A stretch of 64,000 nucleotides of DNA from the NCBI GenBank assembly GCA_965243135.1, contig OZ251539.1:2464001-2528000 (forward strand), given 5' to 3'. A program made the position numbers and the translations under genes. This stretch comes from Alphaproteobacteria bacterium. Its GTDB lineage: Bacteria; Pseudomonadota; Alphaproteobacteria; MPNO01; UBA830. Below, one piece after another: positions 30,207 through 39,845 of this stretch. Below the pieces are notes generated by a model. That model saw only the letters and a program-made list of their open reading frames with translations, made no database searches and was not told the DNA's origin. Each line of letters starts with the position of its first letter. Within the stretch, counting starts at the first letter, position 1.

Positions 30207-31340
30207 ATGAAACTATTAAAACTCAAGGCAACGCGTTTTCGAAGCCTGCGCAGCGTGGAAATCGAACTGGACGATCTCAATCTCTTTATCGGAGCCAACG
30301 CGGCGGGGAAAAGCACGATTCTCGATGCGCTAAGATTCCTGCACGAAGCGGTTCTGGCCCACGACTTCCGTGGACCCGCGTTTGCGCGAGGGGGCTTTCT
30401 TCACATGGCATGGAAAGGACAAGAAGCGGACGAAATCGGTATCGCCGTCTTTGTCAAAGACGCCGAGGATCGAGATTACGAATGGTCCCTCCGGTTCGCG
30501 AGAGACGGCTACGATTTTTATGTGGAAGAAAATCTGAGGCAGCATCACGCTTCGTCTCCTCCGTCGGATCTGCTGACTGCGCGCCGGGGAGAAGGACGGT
30601 GGCGGTCGGGAAATCAAAAACTGGTAGAGTTAAAGAAAAACAAGACGACATGCGCTTTGGCCGCCGCTTCCGCAGATGCTTCGTTTCCAGCCCGTCACAT
30701 TGCGGAATTCGTCGGACGTTGGGGATTTTTCGACCCGAATCCGTTTTTGCTTCGCCGCGATTGGCCTGGCGCCAATTTCGACGGTTTCGATCACTATGGC
30801 CGCAATCTGGGTGAAACGCTTTTCAACCTTCAGAATTCGTCCCCGGAACTATTGGAAAAGATCGTAATGGTTACGCGCTCGATTACAGGATTGCCCTCGA
30901 CGATCGAAACGCGCGAATCCGAAAATCGCCGGTACTTCGTGCAGCGCGAGCCCGGGTTGAATTATACGGTGCATCAGATGGGAGTTTCGAGCGGTACGTT
31001 GCGCTTGCTGGCCCTCATGACGGCGATTTTCGCGCAACCGGAAACAAATCTCATCGGGATCGAGGAACCGGAGAACTACGTTCACCCTACGGCGTTGGCT
31101 TCGCTCGTCCAGTGCTTTCAGAGAGAACGGCATCATGTACAGTTTCTCCTGACTACGCATTCTTCCTTGCTGCTCGATTTATTGGACGAACCGGAAGCCG
31201 TTCGAATCGTGCGGCGTCACGAGCAGGAAGGAACGAACGTAATGATGCATGGAAATCCGGAGCAAATAAGGAAAGCGTTGGACGAAACCGGCTTCGGTCT
31301 GGGAGAGTTCTACGAAACGAAAGGTTTCGGAGGCCAATGA
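30207..31340 (+). CDS. ABC/SMC-like ATPase (AAA_21 type)
   Basis: Walker A GANAAGKS, signature VSSGTLRLL, Walker B IGIEEPEN, LLTTHS; AAGGAG RBS favours ATG 30207. Confidence 0.92.
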   Translation: MKLLKLKATRFRSLRSVEIELDDLNLFIGANAAGKSTILDALRFLHEAVLAHDFRGPAFARGGFLHMAWKGQEADEIGIAVFVKDAEDRDYEWSLRFARDGYDFYVEENLRQHHASSPPSDLLTARRGEGRWRSGNQKLVELKKNKTTCALAAASADASFPARHIAEFVGRWGFFDPNPFLLRRDWPGANFDGFDHYGRNLGETLFNLQNSSPELLEKIVMVTRSITGLPSTIETRESENRRYFVQREPGLNYTVHQMGVSSGTLRLLALMTAIFAQPETNLIGIEEPENYVHPTALASLVQCFQRERHHVQFLLTTHSSLLLDLLDEPEAVRIVRRHEQEGTNVMMHGNPEQIRKALDETGFGLGEFYETKGFGGQ

Positions 31341-31915
31341 TGAAACGCGTGGTCGTCATTGCGTCAGGAAATACGGAAAGGCAAGCTATTCCGCATTTAG
31401 TCGCCCACCTTCGGAACGAATCCATTTTTGTGCATGAAGTCAGGATCCCGCCGAGGAACGGGCGACTAGACATCCGAACGGCGGAAAAGCTGATCAAGGG
31501 CGCATGGTATGAAAATTTCGATCTTCCGATTGGCAAATTTGTAATTTTGCTGGATGTAGACGGCAAAAGTCCCGATGAGGTATTGGCCCCGTTCGAACGG
31601 CAACTTCCTGATCGATTGCGCGACATTCCGGCGCCGGTTGTCTACGCTTTTGCGCAATGGCATCTTGAAGCATGGTATTTTGCGGATTCGCAAAACCTCA
31701 GAAATCACCTTGGTCGCGATCTCGGCAAAATCGATACTTCAAAACCCGACGATATTCAGAACCCGAAGCGCCATCTGATACACTTGATTCATGATTCGTT
31801 GTACACGTCTCGTGTAGCGGAACAGATAGCTGGAGCGCTTGATTCCGAAATTATCGCCGACAGAAGTCCTAGTTTTAAAAACTTTTTGAACTCTATCAGG
31901 AACGGGAAGAACTAA
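31337..31915 (+). CDS. DUF4276/RloB-like (TOPRIM-related) partner protein
   Basis: VVVIASGNTE, VILLDVD, HLEAWYFAD, PDDIQNPK, RSPSF; ATGA overlap with the ATPase; lower GC than flanks. Confidence 0.8.
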   Translation: MMKRVVVIASGNTERQAIPHLVAHLRNESIFVHEVRIPPRNGRLDIRTAEKLIKGAWYENFDLPIGKFVILLDVDGKSPDEVLAPFERQLPDRLRDIPAPVVYAFAQWHLEAWYFADSQNLRNHLGRDLGKIDTSKPDDIQNPKRHLIHLIHDSLYTSRVAEQIAGALDSEIIADRSPSFKNFLNSIRNGKN

Positions 31916-32165
31916 CGATAGGTTTTTCAAAGAAATGCGACTTTTCATGAATCTACGAGCGGAACTGCTTTCAATAGATCTTTCGTCTTCTGGACAACGC
32001 CGGCATCGCTTCGAGAAAGTTGCGTCGTCCCGGCCGCCGCCCGGTCCGAAAACCGGCCACGCCGCGACTTGCCGCGTCGCTTCTTCATGAGGCAAGCAAG
32101 GCGTTTGCGATCTTCGGAATATCCTGTGCCATAATGGACCCGCAAGGCGTTTGAAAGGTGACGGC

Positions 32166-33170
32166 ATGCCCGATTCGCACATCCTGACCACCGTAGTGGG
32201 CAGCTACCCCGTTCCGGACTGGCTCGGCGCCCGGCCGTCCGAACAGGCGATCGTCGACGCGACCCGAATCGTAATCGCGACCCAGGAGGCCGCCGGCATC
32301 GACGTCGTCGCGGACGGCGAACTCTACCGCTTCGACGCCGACCATCCCGAGACCAACGGCATGATCGAGTATTTCACCCGTCCCATGAGCGGCATCCGCA
32401 ACGAGGCTACGTTCGAGGAAACGATCGCCTACAGGTCGCAGAAAGGAATGGGTTACCGCACCCGTCCGCCCGGCGTCGTCGAAGGAGAAATCGGCCACGG
32501 CGCGCTGGACCTGCCGGGTGCCTGCGCGCGCGCCCGTCCGCTGACGCGCAGACCGCTAAAATTCACCCTTACCGGGCCTCACATGCTGGCCAAGACGCTT
32601 GTCGACAAGCATTACGGCGACCTGCCGGCCCTGACGTCGGCGCTCGGCCGGGTTCTCGCCGAACAGGTGGCGCATCTCGATGCGGACGTGGTTCAGCTCG
32701 ACGAAGCGAACCTCCCCGGCAGCCCGCGCGAATGGAAATGGGCCGCCGAAGCGCTCAATCTCGTCCTCGACGCCGTCAACGGCGCCGCCGCGGTGCACCT
32801 GTGCTTCGGCAACTACGGCGGACAGCGCGTGCAGGAAGGAACGTGGAAGGACCTCGTCGACTACCTCAATGCGCTGCATGCGGACCACGTCGTCATGGAG
32901 ACCCGAAGGCGGCCTCCCGAGGAACTCGCCGTGTTCGCAGGTCTCGACCCGAAAATCGGCATGGGTCTCGGCGTCGTCGACATCAAGACGACGGCGGTCG
33001 AGACCGCCGACGACGTCGCCCGCGCCATCGAACGCGCCGAACGCGTCATCGGAGCGGGACGGGTAAGGTACGTTCATCCCGACTGCGGCTTCTGGATGCT
33101 GCCGCGTTCCGTCGCGGACGCCAAGCTCGCGGCGCTCGCCGCCGGCCGCGATCTCTACGAGGGCCGCTGA
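32166..33170 (+). CDS. Second core MetE-like (methionine synthase II family) protein
   Basis: TTVVGSYPVPDWL, ADGELYR, QLDE, HLCFGN, HPDCGF. Confidence 0.88.
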   Translation: MPDSHILTTVVGSYPVPDWLGARPSEQAIVDATRIVIATQEAAGIDVVADGELYRFDADHPETNGMIEYFTRPMSGIRNEATFEETIAYRSQKGMGYRTRPPGVVEGEIGHGALDLPGACARARPLTRRPLKFTLTGPHMLAKTLVDKHYGDLPALTSALGRVLAEQVAHLDADVVQLDEANLPGSPREWKWAAEALNLVLDAVNGAAAVHLCFGNYGGQRVQEGTWKDLVDYLNALHADHVVMETRRRPPEELAVFAGLDPKIGMGLGVVDIKTTAVETADDVARAIERAERVIGAGRVRYVHPDCGFWMLPRSVADAKLAALAAGRDLYEGR

Positions 33171-34027
33171 TCCCAGGACTGCAAGAAAGGAACGCTTCTT
33201 TCCAGGCAAGTCGACAGCACCTCGTCCGCCGGCCGCGTCCACCAGTCGAACTTCGAGAATATCTCGACTTCGACCGGCCCGGCGTAGCCGGCGGCGGCGA
33301 CCTGCCGGCCGATCCCGGCAAGGTCGACGACGCCGTCGCCCATCATGCCGCGATCCAGCAACGGATCGCGGGTTTCGCGAAGCCAGTCGCAGACGTGAAA
33401 GGCGAAGATGCGTCCGTCCCGGCCAGCCCGCGCGATCTGCCGCTCCAGTTCTGGATCCCACCACACGTGATAAACGTCGATCGCGACCCCCGCGCCGTCG
33501 CCCAACGCCTCGCACAGATCGAGCGCTTGCCCCAGCGTGTTGATGCATCCGCGATCGGCCGCGTACGCCGGATGCATCGGCTCGATCGCGACCTTCACGC
33601 CGCAGGAACGAGCATAAGGAAGCAGTTCCGCGAGGCCGTCCGCCACCTGCCTTCGCGAATCCTCGAGGCCGCGGCTGCCGACGGGCAGGCCGCCGGCCAC
33701 GATTACCAGGCAATCTGCGTCGAGTTCCGCCGCTTCGTCGACCGCTCGCCGGTTGTCGTCCATCGCAGTCTTGCGGCTAACCGCGTCCGCCGCCGGAAAG
33801 AACCCACCGCGGCACAGGCCGGTGACCCGAAGTCCGGCAGCCCGGATCGTTCGCGCAGCACTCCCGAAGTTCGCCGCATGCAGCTGGTGCCGCCACGGAT
33901 CGATTCCCGAGAAACCGAATTTCTCGCATCCCCTGACGGCGGCGTCGATCGGCGAATCCCAGCCGAGAGTCGCCGTATTGAGCGACAGGCGAGCCGCGTA
34001 GCGGCGCAGTTCCGGCGCGGGTTTCAA
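33155..34027 (-). CDS. Sugar phosphate isomerase/epimerase (xylose-isomerase-like TIM barrel)
   Basis: LSLNTAT, GLCRGGFF, AIEPMHP, DVYHVWWDP, FHVCDW, DRGMMGDG, EVEIFS; TTG start overlapping the upstream stop. Confidence 0.88.
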   Translation of the reverse strand: MKPAPELRRYAARLSLNTATLGWDSPIDAAVRGCEKFGFSGIDPWRHQLHAANFGSAARTIRAAGLRVTGLCRGGFFPAADAVSRKTAMDDNRRAVDEAAELDADCLVIVAGGLPVGSRGLEDSRRQVADGLAELLPYARSCGVKVAIEPMHPAYAADRGCINTLGQALDLCEALGDGAGVAIDVYHVWWDPELERQIARAGRDGRIFAFHVCDWLRETRDPLLDRGMMGDGVVDLAGIGRQVAAAGYAGPVEVEIFSKFDWWTRPADEVLSTCLERSVPFLQSWDQRPS

Positions 34028-35175
34028 CGAATGCCGTAGGCGGCGAGAACCGAACGCATGCGATCGACCGCAAGATCCGGGTCTCCCAAGAGGCCGGCGC
34101 GGTCGGCGAGGCGGAAGATCTCCGCCATGTGAACGATCGACCGCGCGCTCTGCTGCCCGCCTATCATCACGAAATGGTCCTGGTGGCCGTTGAGGTAGGC
34201 CATGAAGACGACGCCGGTCTTGTAGAATCTCGTCGGCGCCTTGAAGATGTGCCGGGACAACGGCACCGTCGGCGCAAGCAGATCGGCGAAGCCTCGGACG
34301 TCGCCGTCCGACAGACAGCCCAGAGCCGCCGACGCCGCGGGCGCGATGGCGTCGAAGATTCCCAGCAGGGCGTCCGAATGCCCTTCTTCGTCGCCGGCGA
34401 TCAGTTCGGCGAAGTTGAAATCGTCGCCCGTGAACATGCGGACGCCGGCGGGAAGGCGGCGGCGCATTCCGATCTCGCGATCCTTGTCGAGCAACGAGAT
34501 CTTGATGCCGTCCACCTTTTCGGCATGCGCCTCGATTACGGACAGGCAGACGGACATCGCTTCGCCGTGATCCAGGCGTCCCCAGTATCCTTCGAGAGCG
34601 GGGTCGAACATTTCCCCGAGCCAATGAATGATGACCGGTTCGCCCACTTGCGAAAGAATGCGGTCGTATACCCGCACGTAGTCTTCGGGTCCCGAAGCGC
34701 AGGCCGCGAGCGCCCGGCTGGCCATCAGGACGACCCGGCCTCCGAGGGATTCGACGAACTCGATCTGCTCTTCATACGCGGCAATTACGTCGTCGGCCTC
34801 GACATGCGGTCCGGGAATCAGGTGATCGGTGCCGACGCCGCTGGCGACCAAAGCTCCTTCGCCGGCCGCGTCGAGCGTGCGGCGAATGAGGTTCTTCGCT
34901 CCGGTCCAGTCGAGTCCCATGCCGCGTTGAGCGGTATCCATCGCTTCGGCGACGCCGAGTCCGAGGTCCCAAAGATAGGCGCGGTATCGAATCGTCGATT
35001 CCCAGTCGATCGCGGCGTCAAGCCAGGGATCCCCGTCCGCCAGCGGATCCGCAACGACGTGAACCGCGGCGTAGGCAACGCGATTGAACGGGCGACGCCC
35101 GGGAAACGCGGAGCCGCGGCGCAGCGCGTAGGCTTCGAGGCGGCCGTCCGCCGTCGGCAACGCGATCGAGGGCAC
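34024..35175 (-). CDS. DUF993 family (DHDPS-like TIM barrel) protein
   Basis: RVAYAAVHVVADP, AEAMDTAQRGMG, LMASRALA, HWLGEMFDPALEGYWG, GIKISLLD, TGDDFN, YKTGVVF. Confidence 0.88.
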   Translation of the reverse strand: MPSIALPTADGRLEAYALRRGSAFPGRRPFNRVAYAAVHVVADPLADGDPWLDAAIDWESTIRYRAYLWDLGLGVAEAMDTAQRGMGLDWTGAKNLIRRTLDAAGEGALVASGVGTDHLIPGPHVEADDVIAAYEEQIEFVESLGGRVVLMASRALAACASGPEDYVRVYDRILSQVGEPVIIHWLGEMFDPALEGYWGRLDHGEAMSVCLSVIEAHAEKVDGIKISLLDKDREIGMRRRLPAGVRMFTGDDFNFAELIAGDEEGHSDALLGIFDAIAPAASAALGCLSDGDVRGFADLLAPTVPLSRHIFKAPTRFYKTGVVFMAYLNGHQDHFVMIGGQQSARSIVHMAEIFRLADRAGLLGDPDLAVDRMRSVLAAYGIR

Positions 35176-35177
35176 CG

Positions 35178-36329
35178 CTAACCCTCCATCTCCGTCAGAT
35201 CGACCCAGCGCCGCTCCTTCCACGATCTGAGGCCGGCCTCGGCAAGTTGGACGCCCTTGGCGCCCTCCCGCAACGTGTGGGGCCATGGCGCGTCCTCCAT
35301 GACGTGCCGGATGAACAGTTCCCACTGGACCTTGAACCCGTTGTCGTAAGCGACGTTGTCCGGCACTTCCTGCCAACCGGAGAAGAAGTCGATGGTCTGC
35401 GGAACGTCCGGATTCCAGACAGGCTTGGGCGTATTGACGCGAGCCTGCGAGAAGCACTTGTGCAGTCCCGCGACGGCGGAACCGAGGGCGCCGTCCAAGT
35501 GAAAGGTGACGAGGTCGTCGCGCCGGACGCGCGTGCACCAGCTCGAATTGACGCTCGCGACGACGCCTCCCTCGAGTTCGAAGTGCGCGTAGGCGGCATC
35601 GTCGGCGTCCGCGGCGTAGAAGTTCCCGTCCTCGTCCCGGCGTTCCGGAATATGGGTCGCGCCGATGCAGGATACGGATTTGACGGGCGCGATCACGTTG
35701 TCGAGGACGTAGCGCCAGTGGCACAGCATGTCGAGAATGATGCCGCCGCCGTCCGCCAAGCGATAGTTCCAGCTCGGACGCTGCGCGGGCTGCCAATCCC
35801 CTTCGAACACCCAGTAGCCGAACTCGCCGCGAACCGAGAGCAAGCGCCCGAAGAAGCCGGATTCGCGCAGCATCCGCAGTTTCAGCAGACCGGGAAGAAA
35901 TATCTTGTCCTGAACCACGCCGTGCCTGACGCCCGCCTCGTCCGCCAGCCGCGCGACTTCGAGGGCGCTCTCCAGGTCGTCCGAAACGGGCTTTTCGCAG
36001 TAGACGTGCTTTCCCGCCTCGATGGCCTTGCGCAACAGCCCGGCCCGCATCTCGGTGGTCGCGGCGTCGAAAAAGACCGCGTCGTCGGGATCGGCCAGCG
36101 CCGCCTCCAGATCCGTCGTCCATCTTTCGAGGCCGTGCGACCGCGCGAGCGCCTCGAGCTTGTCCGCGTTCCGCCCGACCAGGATCGGATCCGGCATCGC
36201 GCGATCGCCGTTCGACAAGGCGACTCCGCCCTGCTTCATGATTTCCAGCACCGAGCGGACGAGATGCTGGTTGGTGCCCATGCGGCCCGTCACGCCGTTC
36301 ATGATGATGCCGAGTCTGCGTCGCGGCAT
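35178..36329 (-). CDS. Gfo/Idh/MocA family oxidoreductase
   Basis: GIIMNGVTGRMG, GKHVYCEKP, GGGIILDMLCHW. Confidence 0.92.
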   Translation of the reverse strand: MPRRRLGIIMNGVTGRMGTNQHLVRSVLEIMKQGGVALSNGDRAMPDPILVGRNADKLEALARSHGLERWTTDLEAALADPDDAVFFDAATTEMRAGLLRKAIEAGKHVYCEKPVSDDLESALEVARLADEAGVRHGVVQDKIFLPGLLKLRMLRESGFFGRLLSVRGEFGYWVFEGDWQPAQRPSWNYRLADGGGIILDMLCHWRYVLDNVIAPVKSVSCIGATHIPERRDEDGNFYAADADDAAYAHFELEGGVVASVNSSWCTRVRRDDLVTFHLDGALGSAVAGLHKCFSQARVNTPKPVWNPDVPQTIDFFSGWQEVPDNVAYDNGFKVQWELFIRHVMEDAPWPHTLREGAKGVQLAEAGLRSWKERRWVDLTEMEG

Positions 36330-36341
36330 GACGATCTCCCT

Positions 36342-38693
36342 TCAGGCTTGTCGCGGGGAACGAACGCGGTCTGCGGTCCGCATATGTTCGGCGTCCATGA
36401 TCGCCCGCCATATTCGCTCGGGCGTGGCGGGCATTCCGATATGCGTCGCGCCGAATGCCGAAAGCGCATCGACGACGGCGTTCGTCACCGCGGGAAGAGC
36501 GCCGACGGTTCCCGCTTCGCCGGCCCCCTTGACGCCAAGAGGATTGGTGGCGGTCGGCACGGGGTTGCTTTTCACTTCGATCGCCGGAAAATCGTCGGCG
36601 CGAGGCATGGCGTAATCCATGAACGTGGCGGTCACGTTCTGCCCCGCTTCGTAACGAAGGTCTTCCATCACCGCCTGGCCCAGCCCCTGCGCCACGCCGC
36701 CATGGATCTGCCCCTTGAGAAGCAAGGGATTCATCACGGTTCCCACGTCGTCGACCACGCTGTATCGAAGGATTTGAGTCGATCCGGTTTCAGGATCGAT
36801 CTCGAGTTCGCATACGTGGCAGCCGTTGGGATAGTTCATCGTCTTCGCCGTATAGACGGCCTGCGCCGTCAGCCCCGGCTCCATGTCGTCCGGGATCCGG
36901 CCGGGATCGGCGGCCGCGCGGGCGACGTCGCGAATCGTCACGGTCCGGTCCGTCCCCGCGATTCGAAAGACGCCCTCGTCGAACTCCACATCGTCCGCCG
37001 CCGCCTCCAGCGCGTGCGCGGCGATGCGTTTCGCCTTGTCCAGAATCTTGTCCGCGGCCATGAGCAACGCCGAGCCGCCGAGCGTCGCCGAACGCGAACC
37101 GCCGGTGCCGTGTCCGAATGGAACGAGGTCGGTATCGCCCCAGCCGTAATGGACGTCGTCGTAATCGAGGCCGAGACGATCGCAGACAAGTTGCTTGTAG
37201 ACCGTCTCGTGCCCCTGGCCCTGCGTGATCGATCCCGAAAGAACGGCGGCCGTGCCCGAGCGGTCGAAACGGATTTCGGCGCCTTCGATGCCGGGAGCCG
37301 CCGCGCGCTCGATGGTGTTGGATACGCCGATTCCGCGGAGCCGCCCGCGCCCGGCCGCTTCCTCCCGGCGCTCCGGGAATCCGCCGTAATCGGCCAGTTC
37401 CAGAGCCATATCCATGTTCTTTTCGAACTCGCCGCAATCGTATTCGAACACGAGGCCGGTCTTGAACGGCATCGCGTCCGGCGGGATGGCGTTGCGGCGG
37501 CGCAACGAAACCGAATCCGTGCCGAGTTCGACCGCCGCGAGTTCCACGAGCCGCTCCATCACGTAAGCGGCTTCCGGCCTTCCCGCTCCCCGGTACGGGC
37601 GGGTCGGGGTGGTATGGGAATAGACCGTCGCTATGTCCACGTGGATGGCTGGCGTCCTGTACACGCCGGCCAGCGTCCCGATGTTGTTCACCGCAGGACC
37701 GCTTCCGGCCTGGATCAGGTAAGCGCCGACATTGACGACGTTCCTGACCCGCATCGCGAGGAAGCGCCCGTCCCGATCGAGCGCCAACTCGGCGGCGGTC
37801 GCATTGTCCCGCCCCTGGCAATCGGACTGGAACGCCTCGGTCCGGCTGCTCGTCCACTTGACCGGCCGGCCGACGACCCGAGACGCCCACAGCACGAGGA
37901 TATTTTCGCGGTAGACGGGAGATTTCATGCCGAAGCTGCCGCCGATGTCGCCGGCGACCACCCGCACCCTGCTTTCGGAAACGCCGATGACCTTCGCGAG
38001 ATGCATGCGATAGGGGTTCGCCTGCTGGAGGGTCGTATAGATGACGTAGCGGTCGTCCGACGCGTCGCCGAGGCACGACCGCGGCTCCATCGCGGCCGCG
38101 GTGACCCGATTGATCGCGAAGTCCTTCGAGACGACGTGCGCGGCGGACGCGAAAGCGGCATCGACCGCGGCCCGGTCGCCGACCTGATGTTCGAAGCAGA
38201 CATTGTCGGGATTGCCGTCCCAGACGGCGGGCGCTCCGCCTGCCGCCGCCTTCGCGGTATCGGTGACGGAGGGCAGCGGTTCGTAGGTCACTTCGATCAG
38301 TTCCGCCGCGTCTTCGGCCAACGCCCGCGTTTCGGCCACGACGAAGGCCACGGCGTCGCCGACGAACCGGACCCGCTCCGTCGTCAGCGCCGGAAACCGC
38401 GAAGCGTACATTCGGGTCCCGTCCCGCTTCCTGCGATTCGGCGGATCCCCCGGAACGTCGCCCCAACCCAGCGCCTGCCAGTCGCGTCCCGTCAGCACCG
38501 CGAGCACGCCCGGCGCGGCGGCGGCGGCTTCCGCGTCGATTTCCGTTATGCGGGCATGGGCGTGAGGCGAGCGCAGGACATGGCCGTGAACCATTCGAGG
38601 AAGCGTCCGGTCGTCGGCGAACCTGCCGGCGCCGCGCAGCAGGCGAGGATCTTCCGATCGGGGAACGGGTTGCCCAAGCGCGTACTTGCCCAC
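36342..38693 (-). CDS. Xanthine dehydrogenase family Mo subunit (form II CoxL-like), orphan
   Basis: GQPVPRSEDPRLLRG, GGSFGMK, PYRGAGRPE, QGQGHET, GVKGAGEAG. Confidence 0.92.
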   Translation of the reverse strand: MGKYALGQPVPRSEDPRLLRGAGRFADDRTLPRMVHGHVLRSPHAHARITEIDAEAAAAAPGVLAVLTGRDWQALGWGDVPGDPPNRRKRDGTRMYASRFPALTTERVRFVGDAVAFVVAETRALAEDAAELIEVTYEPLPSVTDTAKAAAGGAPAVWDGNPDNVCFEHQVGDRAAVDAAFASAAHVVSKDFAINRVTAAAMEPRSCLGDASDDRYVIYTTLQQANPYRMHLAKVIGVSESRVRVVAGDIGGSFGMKSPVYRENILVLWASRVVGRPVKWTSSRTEAFQSDCQGRDNATAAELALDRDGRFLAMRVRNVVNVGAYLIQAGSGPAVNNIGTLAGVYRTPAIHVDIATVYSHTTPTRPYRGAGRPEAAYVMERLVELAAVELGTDSVSLRRRNAIPPDAMPFKTGLVFEYDCGEFEKNMDMALELADYGGFPERREEAAGRGRLRGIGVSNTIERAAAPGIEGAEIRFDRSGTAAVLSGSITQGQGHETVYKQLVCDRLGLDYDDVHYGWGDTDLVPFGHGTGGSRSATLGGSALLMAADKILDKAKRIAAHALEAAADDVEFDEGVFRIAGTDRTVTIRDVARAAADPGRIPDDMEPGLTAQAVYTAKTMNYPNGCHVCELEIDPETGSTQILRYSVVDDVGTVMNPLLLKGQIHGGVAQGLGQAVMEDLRYEAGQNVTATFMDYAMPRADDFPAIEVKSNPVPTATNPLGVKGAGEAGTVGALPAVTNAVVDALSAFGATHIGMPATPERIWRAIMDAEHMRTADRVRSPRQA

Positions 38694-38703
38694 GACCGCC
38701 CCC

Positions 38704-39516
38704 TCAACCGGCGTTCTGCGCGAATTCGGGATCGGCGTAGCGCGCGCTCGCCGACAACGCGTGATCGAGGATGTCCGGATCCGGGTTGCCCCGCGGCACC
38801 GGATCCGGATCCCAGTGCCGGTGCCTGTCGGCGCCCCGCGCGAGAAAGGCGGTGCGCCGTCCGATCGTCGACCTTACGTGCGCAGGCACGTAAAAGACGG
38901 CAAGTCCGATTCGCGGCGCGGCCGTCCCGTTCGGAAGCGACCCGTGCACGATCCTTTCGTGATGGCAGGAAAACTCGCCCGCCTTCAGCTCGAGATCCAC
39001 CGCGTCGGCGTCGTCGATCCCCTCGATCGCCTGGCCGCGCGCCAGCAGATTCTTTTCGTGAAAGGTTTCGACGTGCGCCCGCTCCGGCCCCCGGTGCGAT
39101 TCGGGAATCACCCGAAGGCAGCCATTTGCCGGGTTGCTGTCGGTGAGCGCCAGCCAGACCGTGACGAGTTCATGGGGTTCAAGACCGAAATAGGCGGAAT
39201 CCTGATGCCACGACACGTAGGAGCCGTCGTTGCCCGGCTTGATCCAGAACCGGGAGGCGAACGTCAGAATGTCGGGGCCGATCAGGTCTTCGACCACGTC
39301 GAGAATGGGCGTTTCGAAGCAGAAATCATACGATCTGCGAAAACACAGATGCCCCTTCATATTGATGTCGCCGGCCGATACGCCCGTCGCGCGCCGGAAA
39401 CGATCGAGATCCGCGCACATGGAGCGCGCCCGATCCGGATCGATGCCGCGGAACGGCGCCAGATAACCGTTTCTCCGGTAGAATTCGACTTGGTCCGCGC
39501 TCAGGATTCCCGACAT
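38704..39516 (-). CDS. Phytanoyl-CoA dioxygenase (PhyH) family Fe/2OG oxygenase
   Basis: WHQDSAY, VWLALTD, NGCLRVIPESH, HGSLPN; start ATG 39516. Confidence 0.9.
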   Translation of the reverse strand: MSGILSADQVEFYRRNGYLAPFRGIDPDRARSMCADLDRFRRATGVSAGDINMKGHLCFRRSYDFCFETPILDVVEDLIGPDILTFASRFWIKPGNDGSYVSWHQDSAYFGLEPHELVTVWLALTDSNPANGCLRVIPESHRGPERAHVETFHEKNLLARGQAIEGIDDADAVDLELKAGEFSCHHERIVHGSLPNGTAAPRIGLAVFYVPAHVRSTIGRRTAFLARGADRHRHWDPDPVPRGNPDPDILDHALSASARYADPEFAQNAG

Positions 39517-39845
39517 CGCCCGCCCTCTTGCGAACGCAATCCTATCGCATTCTCCGACGCCGCGGTATCGCGAGAGCGGCGCGCCGTTCGCGGACTCCGG
39601 AACCCCGGGAAACCCGCGGCCGCGCCTGGACCTCGAGACCGGCAGCCGGCCGAGAGGGTTCCCGTCGGTCGGCTCGCCGGGCATCGACCGAACTCCGCGC
39701 GTCGTTCGAAAAACCCGAAACCCTCGGGAACCCGGCGCGGCTCGGCGGAAACGAGGACGCTCCGCCGGACATGCCGGCCGTCGCCGCGTTGCGGACATTC
39801 GCAAACTGCGGAATAATGCTCCTCTTCACGTATTCGCCGACATTC

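Noticed and set aside
35247-39146. 1299-aa + strand ORF, and similar long ORFs 324..2444, 23923..26322, 56320..59103, 59885..62575
   Set aside because: Antisense shadows of well-supported genes on the other strand, expected in high-GC DNA; no recognisable motifs.
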